Below, one piece after another: positions 21,534-31,574 of a stretch of DNA of 64,000 nt. How positions within the stretch are numbered: position 1 is the first letter of the stretch; the number at the start of each line of letters is the position of its first letter. The notes under the pieces were generated by a model. The model ran no database searches. It was given only the letters and a program-made list of their open reading frames with translations, and was not told where the DNA came from. The stretch is from Bacteroidia bacterium (lineage in GTDB: Bacteria; Bacteroidota; Bacteroidia; AKYH767-A; OLB10): NCBI GenBank assembly GCA_038320345.1, contig JBBQED010000009.1, forward strand, positions 64,190 to 128,189, read 5' to 3'. The translations under genes were made by a program, and so were the position numbers.

Positions 21534-23375
21534 TTATTGAGCTGTACCTACAGTTGAACCGGGTGCTGCAACCTGCAAATTATTATACATTAAACCGGGA
21601 CGTTCTGCATAAAATTCCGCATGATTAAAACGCTTATGCACCACACAACGACGAACTAACCCGTACATAAATACAAAGGGTTGATCATCGGCAATGCGAT
21701 GTTGCAGGCGATACTCCATCTCCATGCGTTTCGTTTCATCCATCGTAAAACTAATACTATCAATTAAAGCGTCGGTACTTGCATCTCCAAAGCCAGTGTA
21801 ATTAGGGCCATTGCCTTTCCATGCTGCCGTCGACCATAGCTGACCATAATCATCAGGCATCGAAGAAGAATTAGAAGCACCCATCACCATATCAAAATCA
21901 TGCGACAGTGATTTTTGCATCCAATTTGGAAAATCATAGGCCACCGCATTTACTTTCACACCCGCTTTGCCCATACTCTCTGCAATCATTAATGCCATTT
22001 CTTTCCATTCTGCTTGCGTAGCCATATAAGCCAATTCTATTTCCAACTGCAGTTTTTTGCCATTTACAATTTTATCACGAACACCATCTTGATCAGTATC
22101 TTTCCATCCTGCTGCATCGAGTAAGCTTCCAGCTTTTTTAACATCATAAGGAATCATCTCCAAATCTTTTGCATAGGCTTTTTTCAATTGAGAAACAGGA
22201 CTATTTACTCGCTTATTAATTCCTCTATTCACTACTCGAATAATATCATCAACTGGAGTAGCAAATGCTAGCGCGCGACGAACTTTTGCATCAGTCAACA
22301 AAGGCAAATGCTTCACGCCATCGGGTTTCATATTCAACGCCAGATAAGTGAATCCATAAGTATCCATGAACCGAGCATGATAATTTTTGTTGAAGGTACT
22401 ATCCTCTTTCAAATCAAATAATGTTCGGGTTCCGAGATATGCAGATCCATCATAAACTTGTGATTTAAACTCCAGCTTTTGTGAAGCACCGTCACGATTT
22501 ACGCGGAAAACAATTTTCTCGGGATAAGAAGCTTCCCAATAATTAGTGCTATTTCGAGTCCAGTGATTCTTTTTCTTAACTAACGTTATCGCCTGACCGC
22601 TTTCCCAACTCTGAATCTGATATGGTCCCAATCCAGTCATGAATTTAGTATCAATACCATACTCCGGACTATTGAATTTAGTGGCCCATTGTTGCAGATC
22701 GGAATGTGCTGAGGAACTAAATGTAGGATCATCCAGCTGACTGAATGAATACTTTGAAAACACCTTTGTAGAATCAAAAAAGGCGCTCTGCAAAATCGGA
22801 TAATCACTCCAGATTCCCACATTCTGGATATAGGCCTTCTTCATCACCACCGTAAACTTCAAAGGGTTGGTAGGATCGGCTATAACTTCCTTAACATTAT
22901 CGAAATAAGGCTTTGCAGCTGGATTGTCGGTGAACGGGCATTTTGACGCTTTAGCAGTAAAGACGATATCCTCAGCTGTTAAACGACTTCCATCATCCCA
23001 AAGAATACTATCTCTCAATTCAAAGTTTAGTTGAAGCTGATCTGCCGATACTTGAGGAAGAGATGTGCAAAGACCCGCTCTCATCTCCCCAGTTCGGAGA
23101 TCAGATTGAAGCAATGCCATTTGCGTATAAAGGTTGATTTCGGCCCTAGTTTGTGAATTTCCGTTGGTTGGATGTAAATTATCGGGTTCAGCAAGAATAT
23201 GAATGACGACAGAATTGGAGGTCGACCAGTCACTTTTCCAACTTTCAGGCCCCGGAAGTTGCACAAAAGTGGACGATTCGATAGCGGAGGACTCTGATTT
23301 TTTAGAAGAGGTGCAAGAAAACAACCCAAAAGCCATGAGTGAACTGAGGGTCAATAATTTCAAAACAGCTTGATT
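21534..23375 (-). CDS. ABC transporter substrate-binding lipoprotein (family 5, peptide/nickel)
   Basis: Start reset to the ATG at 23375 (MFKNQAVLKLLTLSSLMAFGLFSC, a lipobox). The annotated ORF extension to 23594 runs through the tRNA-Ser gene. Confidence 0.8.
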   Translation of the reverse strand, partial: NQAVLKLLTLSSLMAFGLFSCTSSKKSESSAIESSTFVQLPGPESWKSDWSTSNSVVIHILAEPDNLHPTNGNSQTRAEINLYTQMALLQSDLRTGEMRAGLCTSLPQVSADQLQLNFELRDSILWDDGSRLTAEDIVFTAKASKCPFTDNPAAKPYFDNVKEVIADPTNPLKFTVVMKKAYIQNVGIWSDYPILQSAFFDSTKVFSKYSFSQLDDPTFSSSAHSDLQQWATKFNSPEYGIDTKFMTGLGPYQIQSWESGQAITLVKKKNHWTRNSTNYWEASYPEKIVFRVNRDGASQKLEFKSQVYDGSAYLGTRTLFDLKEDSTFNKNYHARFMDTYGFTYLALNMKPDGVKHLPLLTDAKVRRALAFATPVDDIIRVVNRGINKRVNSPVSQLKKAYAKDLEMIPYDVKKAGSLLDAAGWKDTDQDGVRDKIVNGKKLQLEIELAYMATQAEWKEMALMIAESMGKAGVKVNAVAYDFPNWMQKSLSHDFDMVMGASNSSSMPDDYGQLWSTAAWKGNGPNYTGFGDASTDALIDSISFTMDETKRMEMEYRLQHRIADDQPFVFMYGLVRRCVVHKRFNHAEFYAERPGLMYNNLQVAAPGSTVGTAQ

Positions 23376-23503
23376 TTTAAACATAAGGGAGGTGTAATAC
23401 GTACAAATATAAAGCCCTGACGCAAACCAAAAGGAAAACAATAAAATATAAAGTTCCTTTTTGGGTAGCGTAAGCAGATTTCTTAGATTTGCGCTCCCAA
23501 ACT

Positions 23504-23593
23504 GGTGAGGTGCCTGAGTGGCCGAAAGGAACAGTTTGCTAAACTGTCGTACGGGAAACTGTACCGAGGGTTCGAATCCCTCCCTCACCGCCA
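23504..23593 (+). tRNA. tRNA-Ser (anticodon GCT), type II with a long variable arm, CCA encoded
   Basis: GGTGAGGTGCCTGAGTGGCCGAAAGG acceptor/D arm. The anticodon loop is TTGCTAA. The T-arm is GGGTTCGAATCCC, followed by CTCACCGCCA. Confidence 0.9.
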
Positions 23594-23602
23594 AAGCAAC
23601 AA

Positions 23603-23627
23603 AAGCCCCGCGTATGCGGGGTTTTTT
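23603..23627 (+). terminator. rho-independent terminator after tRNA-Ser
   Basis: CCCCGC-gtat-GCGGGG followed by TTTTTT. Confidence 0.6.
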
Positions 23628-23675
23628 AGTTTAAAATATTTTGCCAAACTTGTTTGAGCAAAATATTTTAAACTA
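23627..23675. repeat. 49-bp near-perfect AT-rich palindrome
   Basis: 18-bp perfect arms TAGTTTAAAATATTTTGC / GCAAAATATTTTAAACTA. The centre CAAACTTGTTTG is itself palindromic. Confidence 0.7.
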
Positions 23676-23758
23676 AAAAAATCAAACGGCATTTGCCAGT
23701 TGGGCTTTTGTTGCTTTGTAGCCTCCCCCCACAAGGGATCACATCAGCTTGCTGATGT

Positions 23759-23775
23759 AATCCCTCCCTCACCGC
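23759..23775 (+). repeat. 17-bp exact direct repeat of the tRNA-Ser 3' end (att-like)
   Basis: AATCCCTCCCTCACCGC is identical to 23575..23591 of the tRNA. It is preceded by a 14-bp-stem hairpin at 23735..23764. Confidence 0.7.
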
Positions 23776-23854
23776 AAACCAAAAAGCAATGCTCCGCAAG
23801 GGGCATTTTTCATTTAAAAACCCGTTATTTGCCTCACTCGTAATTTCAAACATC

Positions 23855-24571
23855 ATGAATTTAAGATCACTTTCTTACCGTATTAAACGTAAGATTTTTA
23901 AGGAGAAAAAACTGAATGATCATGCGTTGACTGCGATCAAAATAATTAATGCGGGCATGTTGCATGAAGGGAATAATTTTCTATTGGATCATGCTATAAA
24001 AAATGCACCGACTACAGGAGCTTTTCTCGAGATCGGATCTTTCTGTGGGCAGTCGGCGAGCATCATCTGTTATCTGATGCGAAAGCATGGCAAAACGAAT
24101 CTCTTTTTCTCGTGTGATAAATGGGATTTTGAAGAGAAAGAGTTTTCAAATTATGCGTACCTCTTACCTATTCCTTACGATCAGTATCGACAGTTCGTTA
24201 AAGAATCCTTTATTAGAAATCTCAACTTTTTAGGTGGAGCAGAAAAACCTTTTGCAATGGAGATGTTTTCGGATGATTTTTTTGAAATATGGCAAAGTAA
24301 TTCGTCGAAATCTGATGTATTTAACCGAACCTGTAAATTGGGAGGAAATCTAAGTTTTGCTTTTATCGATGGCAATCACACTTATGATTACGTGAAAAGA
24401 GATTTTGAAAATACAGATAAATATTTGCTGAAAGGTGGGTTTATCTTATTCGATGACTCAGCAGATCACTGGGATTTTGGGAGTAGTAATTTTATGGATG
24501 AAATGAAAAAAAATAAAAACTACGCTCTTGTTTTTAAAAACCCAAATTATCTTTTCAAAAAAGTAATTTAA
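23855..24571 (+). CDS. class I SAM-dependent methyltransferase-like protein (Methyltransf_24-like)
   Basis: LEIGSFCGQSA (a G-x-G-like motif) and FIDGNHTYDYV...GGFILFDD, which is typical of the TylF/MycF-like fold. The start is set at the ATG at 23855, because the ATG at 23789 lies inside a hairpin. Confidence 0.5.
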   Translation: MNLRSLSYRIKRKIFKEKKLNDHALTAIKIINAGMLHEGNNFLLDHAIKNAPTTGAFLEIGSFCGQSASIICYLMRKHGKTNLFFSCDKWDFEEKEFSNYAYLLPIPYDQYRQFVKESFIRNLNFLGGAEKPFAMEMFSDDFFEIWQSNSSKSDVFNRTCKLGGNLSFAFIDGNHTYDYVKRDFENTDKYLLKGGFILFDDSADHWDFGSSNFMDEMKKNKNYALVFKNPNYLFKKVI

Positions 24572-24655
24572 GAGTATTTTTCAAAAAATATTATTTACTC
24601 TTCAGCATCAGCTTACACTAATGGAGTAATTCGCACACCCTTCATTTACTTCCAT

Positions 24656-25645
24656 TTAATGCATCTTTTCAGCAACTTTTCCCTTCAGCACATTGAAAAA
24701 TTTAGTGCGATCTTTATGATTTACACCACTTATTAATGAAGATTTTGAAATGATATTCTGCATCATACCTCCTGAGTACTGACAAAAACGTTGGTCGTAA
24801 GTGACCATAAAATTGAGTACATTATGATTAATAAAAACTACGGGCTGAATATCATTGGTGACTAACATAGTATTATGTCCAAGATTAACTTCATTGATAT
24901 ACAGATTAAATGGTCCGCTCTTTTCGTCAGGAATCTCACCAAGCATAAATTTCTTACCCACCGTTGCTTGCATCTCGATATGTTCTATCATTTGCATTAA
25001 ATCCTCATAAATAGATCTACGCACAATTTTATTGTCGAACATTCCGGTTTCTACGCAAAATTCAATTTGTCGCATTGTTCCATTTAACGTATCAAGGTTC
25101 CATAATTCAGAGGAAGGAATGGAAGTATACAGTTTACCAATACCAATTCCATCCTGATCCAATTGTCCTTTGAATTCCTGAGGATCAAAAATCTTTTTTG
25201 AAAGGTTGAAATCCTGCATGATAATTCGCATCCAAAAAAAATATTTAAAAGCAGCCATCATGGGGAATTGAAAATGGTGAAAAGGAGGAATGTCTTTAGC
25301 CTCAAAATAAAAATGTCGGTTAGGCATTGCTGCAATATTCTTCAGGTTCTGCAACATCGATTGCAAATATGTTTCGAAACTGAAAGTGTTTCTATCAAGC
25401 AAATCACCATGAAATAAAATAGCATTTGATTGCATCCCCATCAGCTGATCAAGCGAAATTTTATAGTGCAAAGCGAGTAATTGAATTTCATGCAAACTCA
25501 GTTCTTTCTCACCTCTAATCCGACGGTATGCGCTATCATTACTTAAATCAAGAAGTCCTGCTATTTCATCTACCAACGAAAGATGCGCAGGGAGATGAAC
25601 TTTAATCAGGTTAAAAAAAGTATGTTGAATTTCAGATGGTGACAT
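24656..25645 (-). CDS. hypothetical protein with an N-terminal helix-turn-helix-like segment
   Basis: LSLVDEIAGLLDLSNDSAYRRIRGEKELSLHEIQLLALHY looks like an HTH. The rest of the protein is unrecognised. Confidence 0.4.
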   Translation of the reverse strand: MSPSEIQHTFFNLIKVHLPAHLSLVDEIAGLLDLSNDSAYRRIRGEKELSLHEIQLLALHYKISLDQLMGMQSNAILFHGDLLDRNTFSFETYLQSMLQNLKNIAAMPNRHFYFEAKDIPPFHHFQFPMMAAFKYFFWMRIIMQDFNLSKKIFDPQEFKGQLDQDGIGIGKLYTSIPSSELWNLDTLNGTMRQIEFCVETGMFDNKIVRRSIYEDLMQMIEHIEMQATVGKKFMLGEIPDEKSGPFNLYINEVNLGHNTMLVTNDIQPVVFINHNVLNFMVTYDQRFCQYSGGMMQNIISKSSLISGVNHKDRTKFFNVLKGKVAEKMH

Positions 25646-25872
25646 AGGCCAAAGTGGTTTAGCAGGTGCTAGAATGTTCAGACTAATTTAACGACAATGT
25701 AAGCGAAGGGATCCAATTATCTCTGTTGAATTCGGAGAACAATTCAAATTTTAGGTATTTCATCTGCAAAAAATGTAAATTTTACCCTGAAAAGCAAGAT
25801 AAAAAGCCCAATAAATCCTAAAAAACATCTAAAAATGATGGAATACCACTAATTCTACTAGAAACAAAAATA

Positions 25873-27315
25873 TTAAAGCAAGTTCAATGTGATACTAAAT
25901 TTCGTACCTTTTTTAGGTATGGATTCAACATCTATCGTTCCTTTATGAGAATAGATTATGCTATGCGTGGTTGCTAGTCCAAGCCCTACCCCATTATTTT
26001 TAGCGGTAAAATAAGGATCAAAAATTTTATCCAGATCATTTGGTTTGATACCTACACCATTATCTTCAATTAAGATGATGCAACGTTTTTCTTTGCATTC
26101 AGAAAAAATACGAATATGCCCATGATTTGCTTCCACAGCCTCAATTGCATTAACGATAATATTCAATAAAGCAATGCTTAATTTGGATTCATCTCCTTCA
26201 ATCTCCTCATTTTCTCCACTGAATATCGTTTCAATTTTAATATTCTTCAGAGCGGCGCGATCTTTTGCTAGCGTTACCGTTTTATTGAGAATTGTTTGAA
26301 TTGCGACGCGAGAAGACTTCAATTCTGTAGGCTTTGCATGCTCCATCAATTCCGTAACCAAATCATTTATTCTTTTACTATTCCTTTTTATAATTTCAAA
26401 ATAAGAATTGTAAGCTTCATCTGGAATATATTCTTCCAACTGTTCTACCGATAAATTAATATTTGTAAGTGGATTTCGTATTTCATGAGCTAATGACCTT
26501 GCTAGTCGACCACTCACGGCCAACTTTTCAGCAATTTGCAAATCCAATTCAACTTTTCTCCTTTTAGTGATATCATGAATAATTGCCTGATAAAAAATAA
26601 TATTATGCTCATCAACTTTTTGAATACTGGTAGTTACCGTAGAATATTTTCGGTTATTATATTTATCTTTTAAAATAACTTCCGAATTTGCACTATTCCC
26701 ATTCAGGGCGATCGATTGTAAAAACAATTTATGGTCAAGTGGATTTTCAAAGAGTTCCACTTCATTCATTTGAATCAATTCATCACGGCTATATCCCAGC
26801 AATTTTTCTGCTGCTAGATTAATATCATGAATCTTCCCTGTACTATCGGCAAGATAAATTACATCTTGGCTATTTTCAAATATCGAGCGAAATTTCTCTT
26901 CGCTAACTTTAATTTTTTGAAGACTTTTCGATTGATCAATGGAATAGCGAATGCTCCTTTCGAGTTTTCCAGCATCAATTTCATCTTTCATCAGAAATTC
27001 CATAGCACCAAGCTCCATGGCAGCAATATCTGTTTCATGATTACCTAGTCCTGTTAAAAATATAACTGGTACATCAATATTATTGGATACACAGGCTTTG
27101 ATTAAATCTAACCCATTATTTTTTCCAAGTATACAGTCGAAAAAGTAGATATCATGTTCCCGCTTCTGTATATTTGCTAAACCGCTTTCAAAAGTACTTG
27201 ACCAAGTGAGCTGATAATTACCGGATTTAATATCGCTCAAATAATCCTTAAAAATTATATAATCATCTTCATCATCTTCTACTAATAATATTTTGATTTC
27301 CTTGGTTCCAATCAT
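25873..27315 (-). CDS. sensor histidine kinase with N-terminal receiver and PAS domains
   Basis: REC (ILLVEDDEDDYII...D), PAS, HisKA (LAHEIRNPLTNI) and HATPase (IEDNGVGI...GVGLGL). It overlaps the upstream regulator gene by 4 bp. Confidence 0.8.
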   Translation of the reverse strand: MIGTKEIKILLVEDDEDDYIIFKDYLSDIKSGNYQLTWSSTFESGLANIQKREHDIYFFDCILGKNNGLDLIKACVSNNIDVPVIFLTGLGNHETDIAAMELGAMEFLMKDEIDAGKLERSIRYSIDQSKSLQKIKVSEEKFRSIFENSQDVIYLADSTGKIHDINLAAEKLLGYSRDELIQMNEVELFENPLDHKLFLQSIALNGNSANSEVILKDKYNNRKYSTVTTSIQKVDEHNIIFYQAIIHDITKRRKVELDLQIAEKLAVSGRLARSLAHEIRNPLTNINLSVEQLEEYIPDEAYNSYFEIIKRNSKRINDLVTELMEHAKPTELKSSRVAIQTILNKTVTLAKDRAALKNIKIETIFSGENEEIEGDESKLSIALLNIIVNAIEAVEANHGHIRIFSECKEKRCIILIEDNGVGIKPNDLDKIFDPYFTAKNNGVGLGLATTHSIIYSHKGTIDVESIPKKGTKFSITLNLL

Positions 27316-28793
27316 TTCGATTCGAGTTTAAAAGCCTTAATCTTATTATAGAGTGTTTTTCGATCAATATTAAGAATAACAGCAGCCTTGCTTTTGTTAA
27401 AATTCACCTCCTTCAAAACTTTTAAAATCAAATCATACTCAGCTTCCAAGGCAGCAGATTTAAGATTGGTTTTTTCTTCCTTCTCTTCAAAAACCTTTAC
27501 AGGCACCTCTTCAAGAACTGTATCCGTTTGAACATGTGAATTTCCATTTATAGGTGCAGGAGATTCTTGAACAAAACCACCTTGGTTGCTACTAATAAAT
27601 TCTGTGGGAAGTGACTTGGTGTCAATAATGGAAGCAGGCGTTAAAAGTGCTGCTTTCCGGATTACATTTTTCATCTCTCGGAGATTACCATACCAAGGAT
27701 AATTTACAAATACAGCTTCCACGTCAGGTGAAAATCCCTCAATATTTTTTTCAAGCTCTTGATTGGCGATAGAAAGAAAGAAATCAGCATACATCATGAT
27801 ATCATCTTTACGATCACGTAAACTAGGCACCGTGAGATGAAACTCATTAAAGCGGTGATATAAATCCTCACGGAACTTCCCCTTTTTATGAGCTTCACTG
27901 AGATTTTCATTACTAGCCACTATAATGCGAACATCTAGTGGAATCTCTTTCAGTCCACCAATTCTCTTAATTTTTCTCTCCTGCACTACTCTCAACAATG
28001 ACGATTGAACATCATAGGGAAGATTGCTAACTTCATCTAAAAAAATAGTACCACCGTTTGCTAATTCAAAGTGTCCAATTTTAGTATTCTGAGCACCAGT
28101 AAAAGAACCCTTTTCATGACCAAAAAGCTCACTACCTGCAAGTTCTTTTGAAATAGCTCCGCAATCCATTGCAACAAATGGCTGTTTTGCTCTTTTGCTT
28201 TTTTTATGAATAGTTTGAGCAATCGATTCCTTTCCTGCACCACTTTCTCCATAAATAATCACACTGTAGTTAGTCGGAGCAACGAGCTCAATTTGACGAA
28301 GCAATTCTTTGCTCTCGGCACTTTTACCATAAATAAAATCACTTTTTGAAGAAGATTTTGATTTAGTAGTGCTTCCAGACCCAGATGCTGCATCGTCCGA
28401 AGATAAATTATCAATAAAGCGAATCGCATGATTTTTTGTTTCCAGCGCTTTGTTAATCAATTGCAGCGTTTCATCCGGAAGCAAAGGTTTTACCAAATAA
28501 TCGAAGGCGCCAAGCTTAATAACATTTACAGCTGTTCTGATGTCAGAATAACCTGTCATGATAATAAACGGAATTGAAGGTTCAATATCCCGGATTTTAT
28601 TTAACACCTCTGTGCCGTCAATATCACCCAGCCGATAATCACAAAGTACCAAATTAGGTCGCGTTGCATTGAATAATTCAATACCCTTTTTACCGTTTTG
28701 AGCCAGTTCAACTTCAAATCCTTTTTTGGTCAGAAATGCGCTGAGCAATTGACACATGTCCGGATCATCTTCTATAATTAATATTTTGTGCAT
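27312..28793 (-). CDS. sigma-54-dependent response regulator (NtrC family)
   Basis: REC domain, an AAA+ sigma-54 interaction domain (GESGAGKE, the GAFTGA-like ELFGHEKGSFTGA, and an ESELFGHEKG region) and a C-terminal Fis-type HTH. Confidence 0.85.
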   Translation of the reverse strand: MHKILIIEDDPDMCQLLSAFLTKKGFEVELAQNGKKGIELFNATRPNLVLCDYRLGDIDGTEVLNKIRDIEPSIPFIIMTGYSDIRTAVNVIKLGAFDYLVKPLLPDETLQLINKALETKNHAIRFIDNLSSDDAASGSGSTTKSKSSSKSDFIYGKSAESKELLRQIELVAPTNYSVIIYGESGAGKESIAQTIHKKSKRAKQPFVAMDCGAISKELAGSELFGHEKGSFTGAQNTKIGHFELANGGTIFLDEVSNLPYDVQSSLLRVVQERKIKRIGGLKEIPLDVRIIVASNENLSEAHKKGKFREDLYHRFNEFHLTVPSLRDRKDDIMMYADFFLSIANQELEKNIEGFSPDVEAVFVNYPWYGNLREMKNVIRKAALLTPASIIDTKSLPTEFISSNQGGFVQESPAPINGNSHVQTDTVLEEVPVKVFEEKEEKTNLKSAALEAEYDLILKVLKEVNFNKSKAAVILNIDRKTLYNKIKAFKLESK

Positions 28794-29315
28794 ATGATAA
28801 TCTCAGGTTAAAAACAGAATCAGCAAATATAAAACCGTTTAGAAAACGGGGAATTTATACCCCAAGATACAATCTATTTTTTTTAAAAGGATCATTCTTT
28901 ACGAATTGAATGTAATTCTAGAGGAAGATCTTTTGAAAGAATAGCAATCCGTAAAAATAGATTTAAATTTTTATTGAATAAATAGGAAGTAAAATAGTAT
29001 TTATCATTTCAAACCAAATTCAAACTAAGACCTAAGTATTGAATATCATATAGTTATGAAAAAGGAAGTTCCTGATTAAGCTGAGACAGAACATACTCCT
29101 AGTCAACAATGAGAAATTCTCGAAGAATTACGTGAGGAAAATTCTGCCCAAAAAAAGTAGATTTCAATATTTACAATTTACGATGTTATCTGAAATTCAC
29201 CTCTATTTAGCTCCATACCCTCTTAAAGAAAATCGAATATTTATAATACATCATAAATGAAGAGTTGGCATACTTATAGAAAAGGGCTAAACAAACTTCG
29301 ACATAAAACAAATGC

Positions 29316-30437
29316 ATGGAAAACATTAACCCACCATTCTACATACGTTTTGCATTTATAATAATTGGAATTATCGGATTTGCCTACATCATGTATGTAG
29401 GACAGGACATCATGATCCCCCTCCTATTTGCAGCACTAATAGCTATCTTGATCAATCCATTCTGCCAATTTTTGGAAAGAAAAACTAAACTCAGAATACT
29501 TTCAATTTTCATTTCTGTATTTCTTACATTTCTTATCACTGCAGGAGTACTTTATTTCCTTGCCGATCAAATGGCGCATTTTAGTGAGGCGCTACCACAA
29601 CTAAAACAAAACTTTTCTAAACTGCTAAATGATACGATTACCTGGGTTTCGGGCAGATTTAACATCGATACTGTTAAGATCAACCGTTGGATCGCGGAGC
29701 AGAAGGATGAAGGGCTTTCTAAAAGCACGCAATTACTTGGACAAACACTTACTGCTATCAGCAGTATCGTAGTAATCGTGTTATTACTTCCCGTTTATAT
29801 TTTCCTTTTTCTATTTTACAAACCACTTCTACTGAGTTTCATTGCTCAACTATTTTCTGCAGAAAAACATAAAGTGGTTGCTGAAGTTCTCTCGGAAACA
29901 AAGACATTAATTCAAAGTTATTTAGTTGGCTTAATGGTAGAGGCTGGTATTGTAGCAGCACTTAATGCTTCTGCACTATTAATACTAGGGATCGATTATG
30001 CCATACTCGTCGGCATAATAGGAGCACTTCTAAACGTCATCCCATACATAGGAGGCTTGGTTGCAGTAGCGATTCCGATAGCACTGGCACTTGCAACGAA
30101 AGAACCAATTTATGCCCTTTGGGTATTGATAGCATATCTTTTAGTGCAGTTTATTGATAACAACTTAATTGTTCCGAAAATTGTAGCTTCTAAAGTAAAA
30201 ATCAACGCTCTCATTTCAATTATTGTGGTACTCGTAGGAGGTGCATTTTGGGGTGTTCCAGGAATGTTCCTTTCGCTACCATTAGCTGCAATTTTAAAGG
30301 TTATTTTCGATAGAATTCAGGAATTAAAACCTTGGGGATTTTTGATTGGTGATACAATGCCTCCCATTGGACAGAATTTCTTTAGGATACGGAAATCAAA
30401 TTCAAAAAATCAAATTACTACTCCCACCGAAAAATAA
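29316..30437 (+). CDS. AI-2E family transporter (PerM/UPF0118)
   Basis: About 370 aa with 8 TM segments and the characteristic hydrophobic layout. Confidence 0.75.
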   Translation: MENINPPFYIRFAFIIIGIIGFAYIMYVGQDIMIPLLFAALIAILINPFCQFLERKTKLRILSIFISVFLTFLITAGVLYFLADQMAHFSEALPQLKQNFSKLLNDTITWVSGRFNIDTVKINRWIAEQKDEGLSKSTQLLGQTLTAISSIVVIVLLLPVYIFLFLFYKPLLLSFIAQLFSAEKHKVVAEVLSETKTLIQSYLVGLMVEAGIVAALNASALLILGIDYAILVGIIGALLNVIPYIGGLVAVAIPIALALATKEPIYALWVLIAYLLVQFIDNNLIVPKIVASKVKINALISIIVVLVGGAFWGVPGMFLSLPLAAILKVIFDRIQELKPWGFLIGDTMPPIGQNFFRIRKSNSKNQITTPTEK

Positions 30438-30626
30438 TTACTTTGGCAGGTTGCACTTTAGCTCTGAAAAAGCCAAATATTCCATTAAATTATTTCTCAC
30501 TTTTCTTACTATTCCTAGATCAAAAAGGAACAACTGTTCTGTATCTAAAAATTTTCTTATATTTATACATCAATTATATTAAAACACATAGAGTACACTT
30601 ATAATAATCCACCAATACTAATCAAC

Positions 30627-31082
30627 ATGTTGAAATCACTCGTTTTTATTCTAGCCATAACTATAAGTAGTTTTGCTGTAAACGCTCAAACCGATAGTAC
30701 GATGAGCAAAAGTAGTCACTCGAGTGGTGCATGGGAGGATACAACAATGACTCGCCAACAAAGTGACTCACTGCGTTATTTAAATTCAGGAGCAAGACGA
30801 GATAACAACGAAAGATATGGTACTGATTCCACGCGAATGGAGAGCGACTTTAATAATCGTTCAAAGGGAACAAATTATAATTCCACAGGAAACAGCAAGT
30901 TGGAAACAGATTCCTTAACAAAGATCCAAGATAATAATTTTAGAAAGAAAAAATCTAAAAGTACTCCAAAAACCAAGAGCCATATCAAGACCAAGAAAAG
31001 CATCCTCAGAAATACTAACCGGAAAAGTTCAATTGACAGTACAGGTACGAAAAACAAGATTTTGAAAGATTCTATTCAGTAG
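30627..31082 (+). CDS. secreted low-complexity (S/T/N/K/R-rich) hypothetical protein
   Basis: Signal peptide MLKSLVFILAITISSFAVNAQ, followed by a terminator. Confidence 0.4.
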   Translation: MLKSLVFILAITISSFAVNAQTDSTMSKSSHSSGAWEDTTMTRQQSDSLRYLNSGARRDNNERYGTDSTRMESDFNNRSKGTNYNSTGNSKLETDSLTKIQDNNFRKKKSKSTPKTKSHIKTKKSILRNTNRKSSIDSTGTKNKILKDSIQ

Positions 31083-31152
31083 CAAAAAAAATTAATTTTC
31101 ATTGAAATAAACAATTCCCTTCGAAAAAACAGTTTTCAGATCGCTTAATAGT

Positions 31153-31199
31153 AACTGCAGGTCACGATTCCGTATGACCTGCAGTTTAATTTTTATCTG
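31153..31199 (+). terminator. rho-independent terminator
   Basis: CTGCAGGTCA-cgattccgta-TGACCTGCAG followed by TTTAATTTTTAT. Confidence 0.55.
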
Positions 31200-31321
31200 G
31201 AAAAAACTAATGATACTTTATTCATAAAATAAATTGGCTCTTTTACGACTACTTACTTATACAAATGTGATTTAAATACATTAACTTTTGCTTTTGAACA
31301 ATCACTAATATTCAAGCAATG

Positions 31322-31489
31322 TCATTTTTTAAATATTGACAGTCCAAGAACTAATGTGATTACAAAAAGTAAAATACATCCAAAAAAGAGAAATTTACCT
31401 ACGGAAGCAGCGCCCTCAGCGATCCCTCCAAAACCAAAAATAGCAGCGACAATAGCTATTACAAAGAAGATTGCAGACCATTTTAACAT
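31322..31489 (-). CDS. DUF1328 (UPF0391/YtjA-like) small membrane protein, 55 aa
   Basis: Translated by hand: MLKWSAIFFVIAIVAAIFGFGGIAEGAASVGKFLFFGCILLFVITLVLGLSIFKK. It is below the 60-aa cutoff of the ORF track. Confidence 0.6.
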   Translation of the reverse strand: MLKWSAIFFVIAIVAAIFGFGGIAEGAASVGKFLFFGCILLFVITLVLGLSIFKK

Positions 31490-31574
31490 GACAGTATAGT
31501 TTTAAGTTTAAATATGAATTAAGAAATAATTTAATAATGCAATAATTAAGGTTAAATAAATTTCATGCCGAAAT

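Noticed and set aside
21534-23594. Long annotated N-terminal extension of the substrate-binding-protein ORF
   Set aside because: The extension runs through the tRNA-Ser gene and its terminator. An internal ATG at 23375 gives a clean lipoprotein signal.
30438-30480. TGGCAGGTTGCAC as a sigma-54 promoter upstream of the 30627 gene
   Set aside because: The GG-to-GC spacing is 8 nt instead of the required 12 nt.
30346-30582. 78-aa ORF overlapping the 3' end of the AI-2E transporter gene
   Set aside because: It overlaps a confident gene in another frame and has no features of a real protein.
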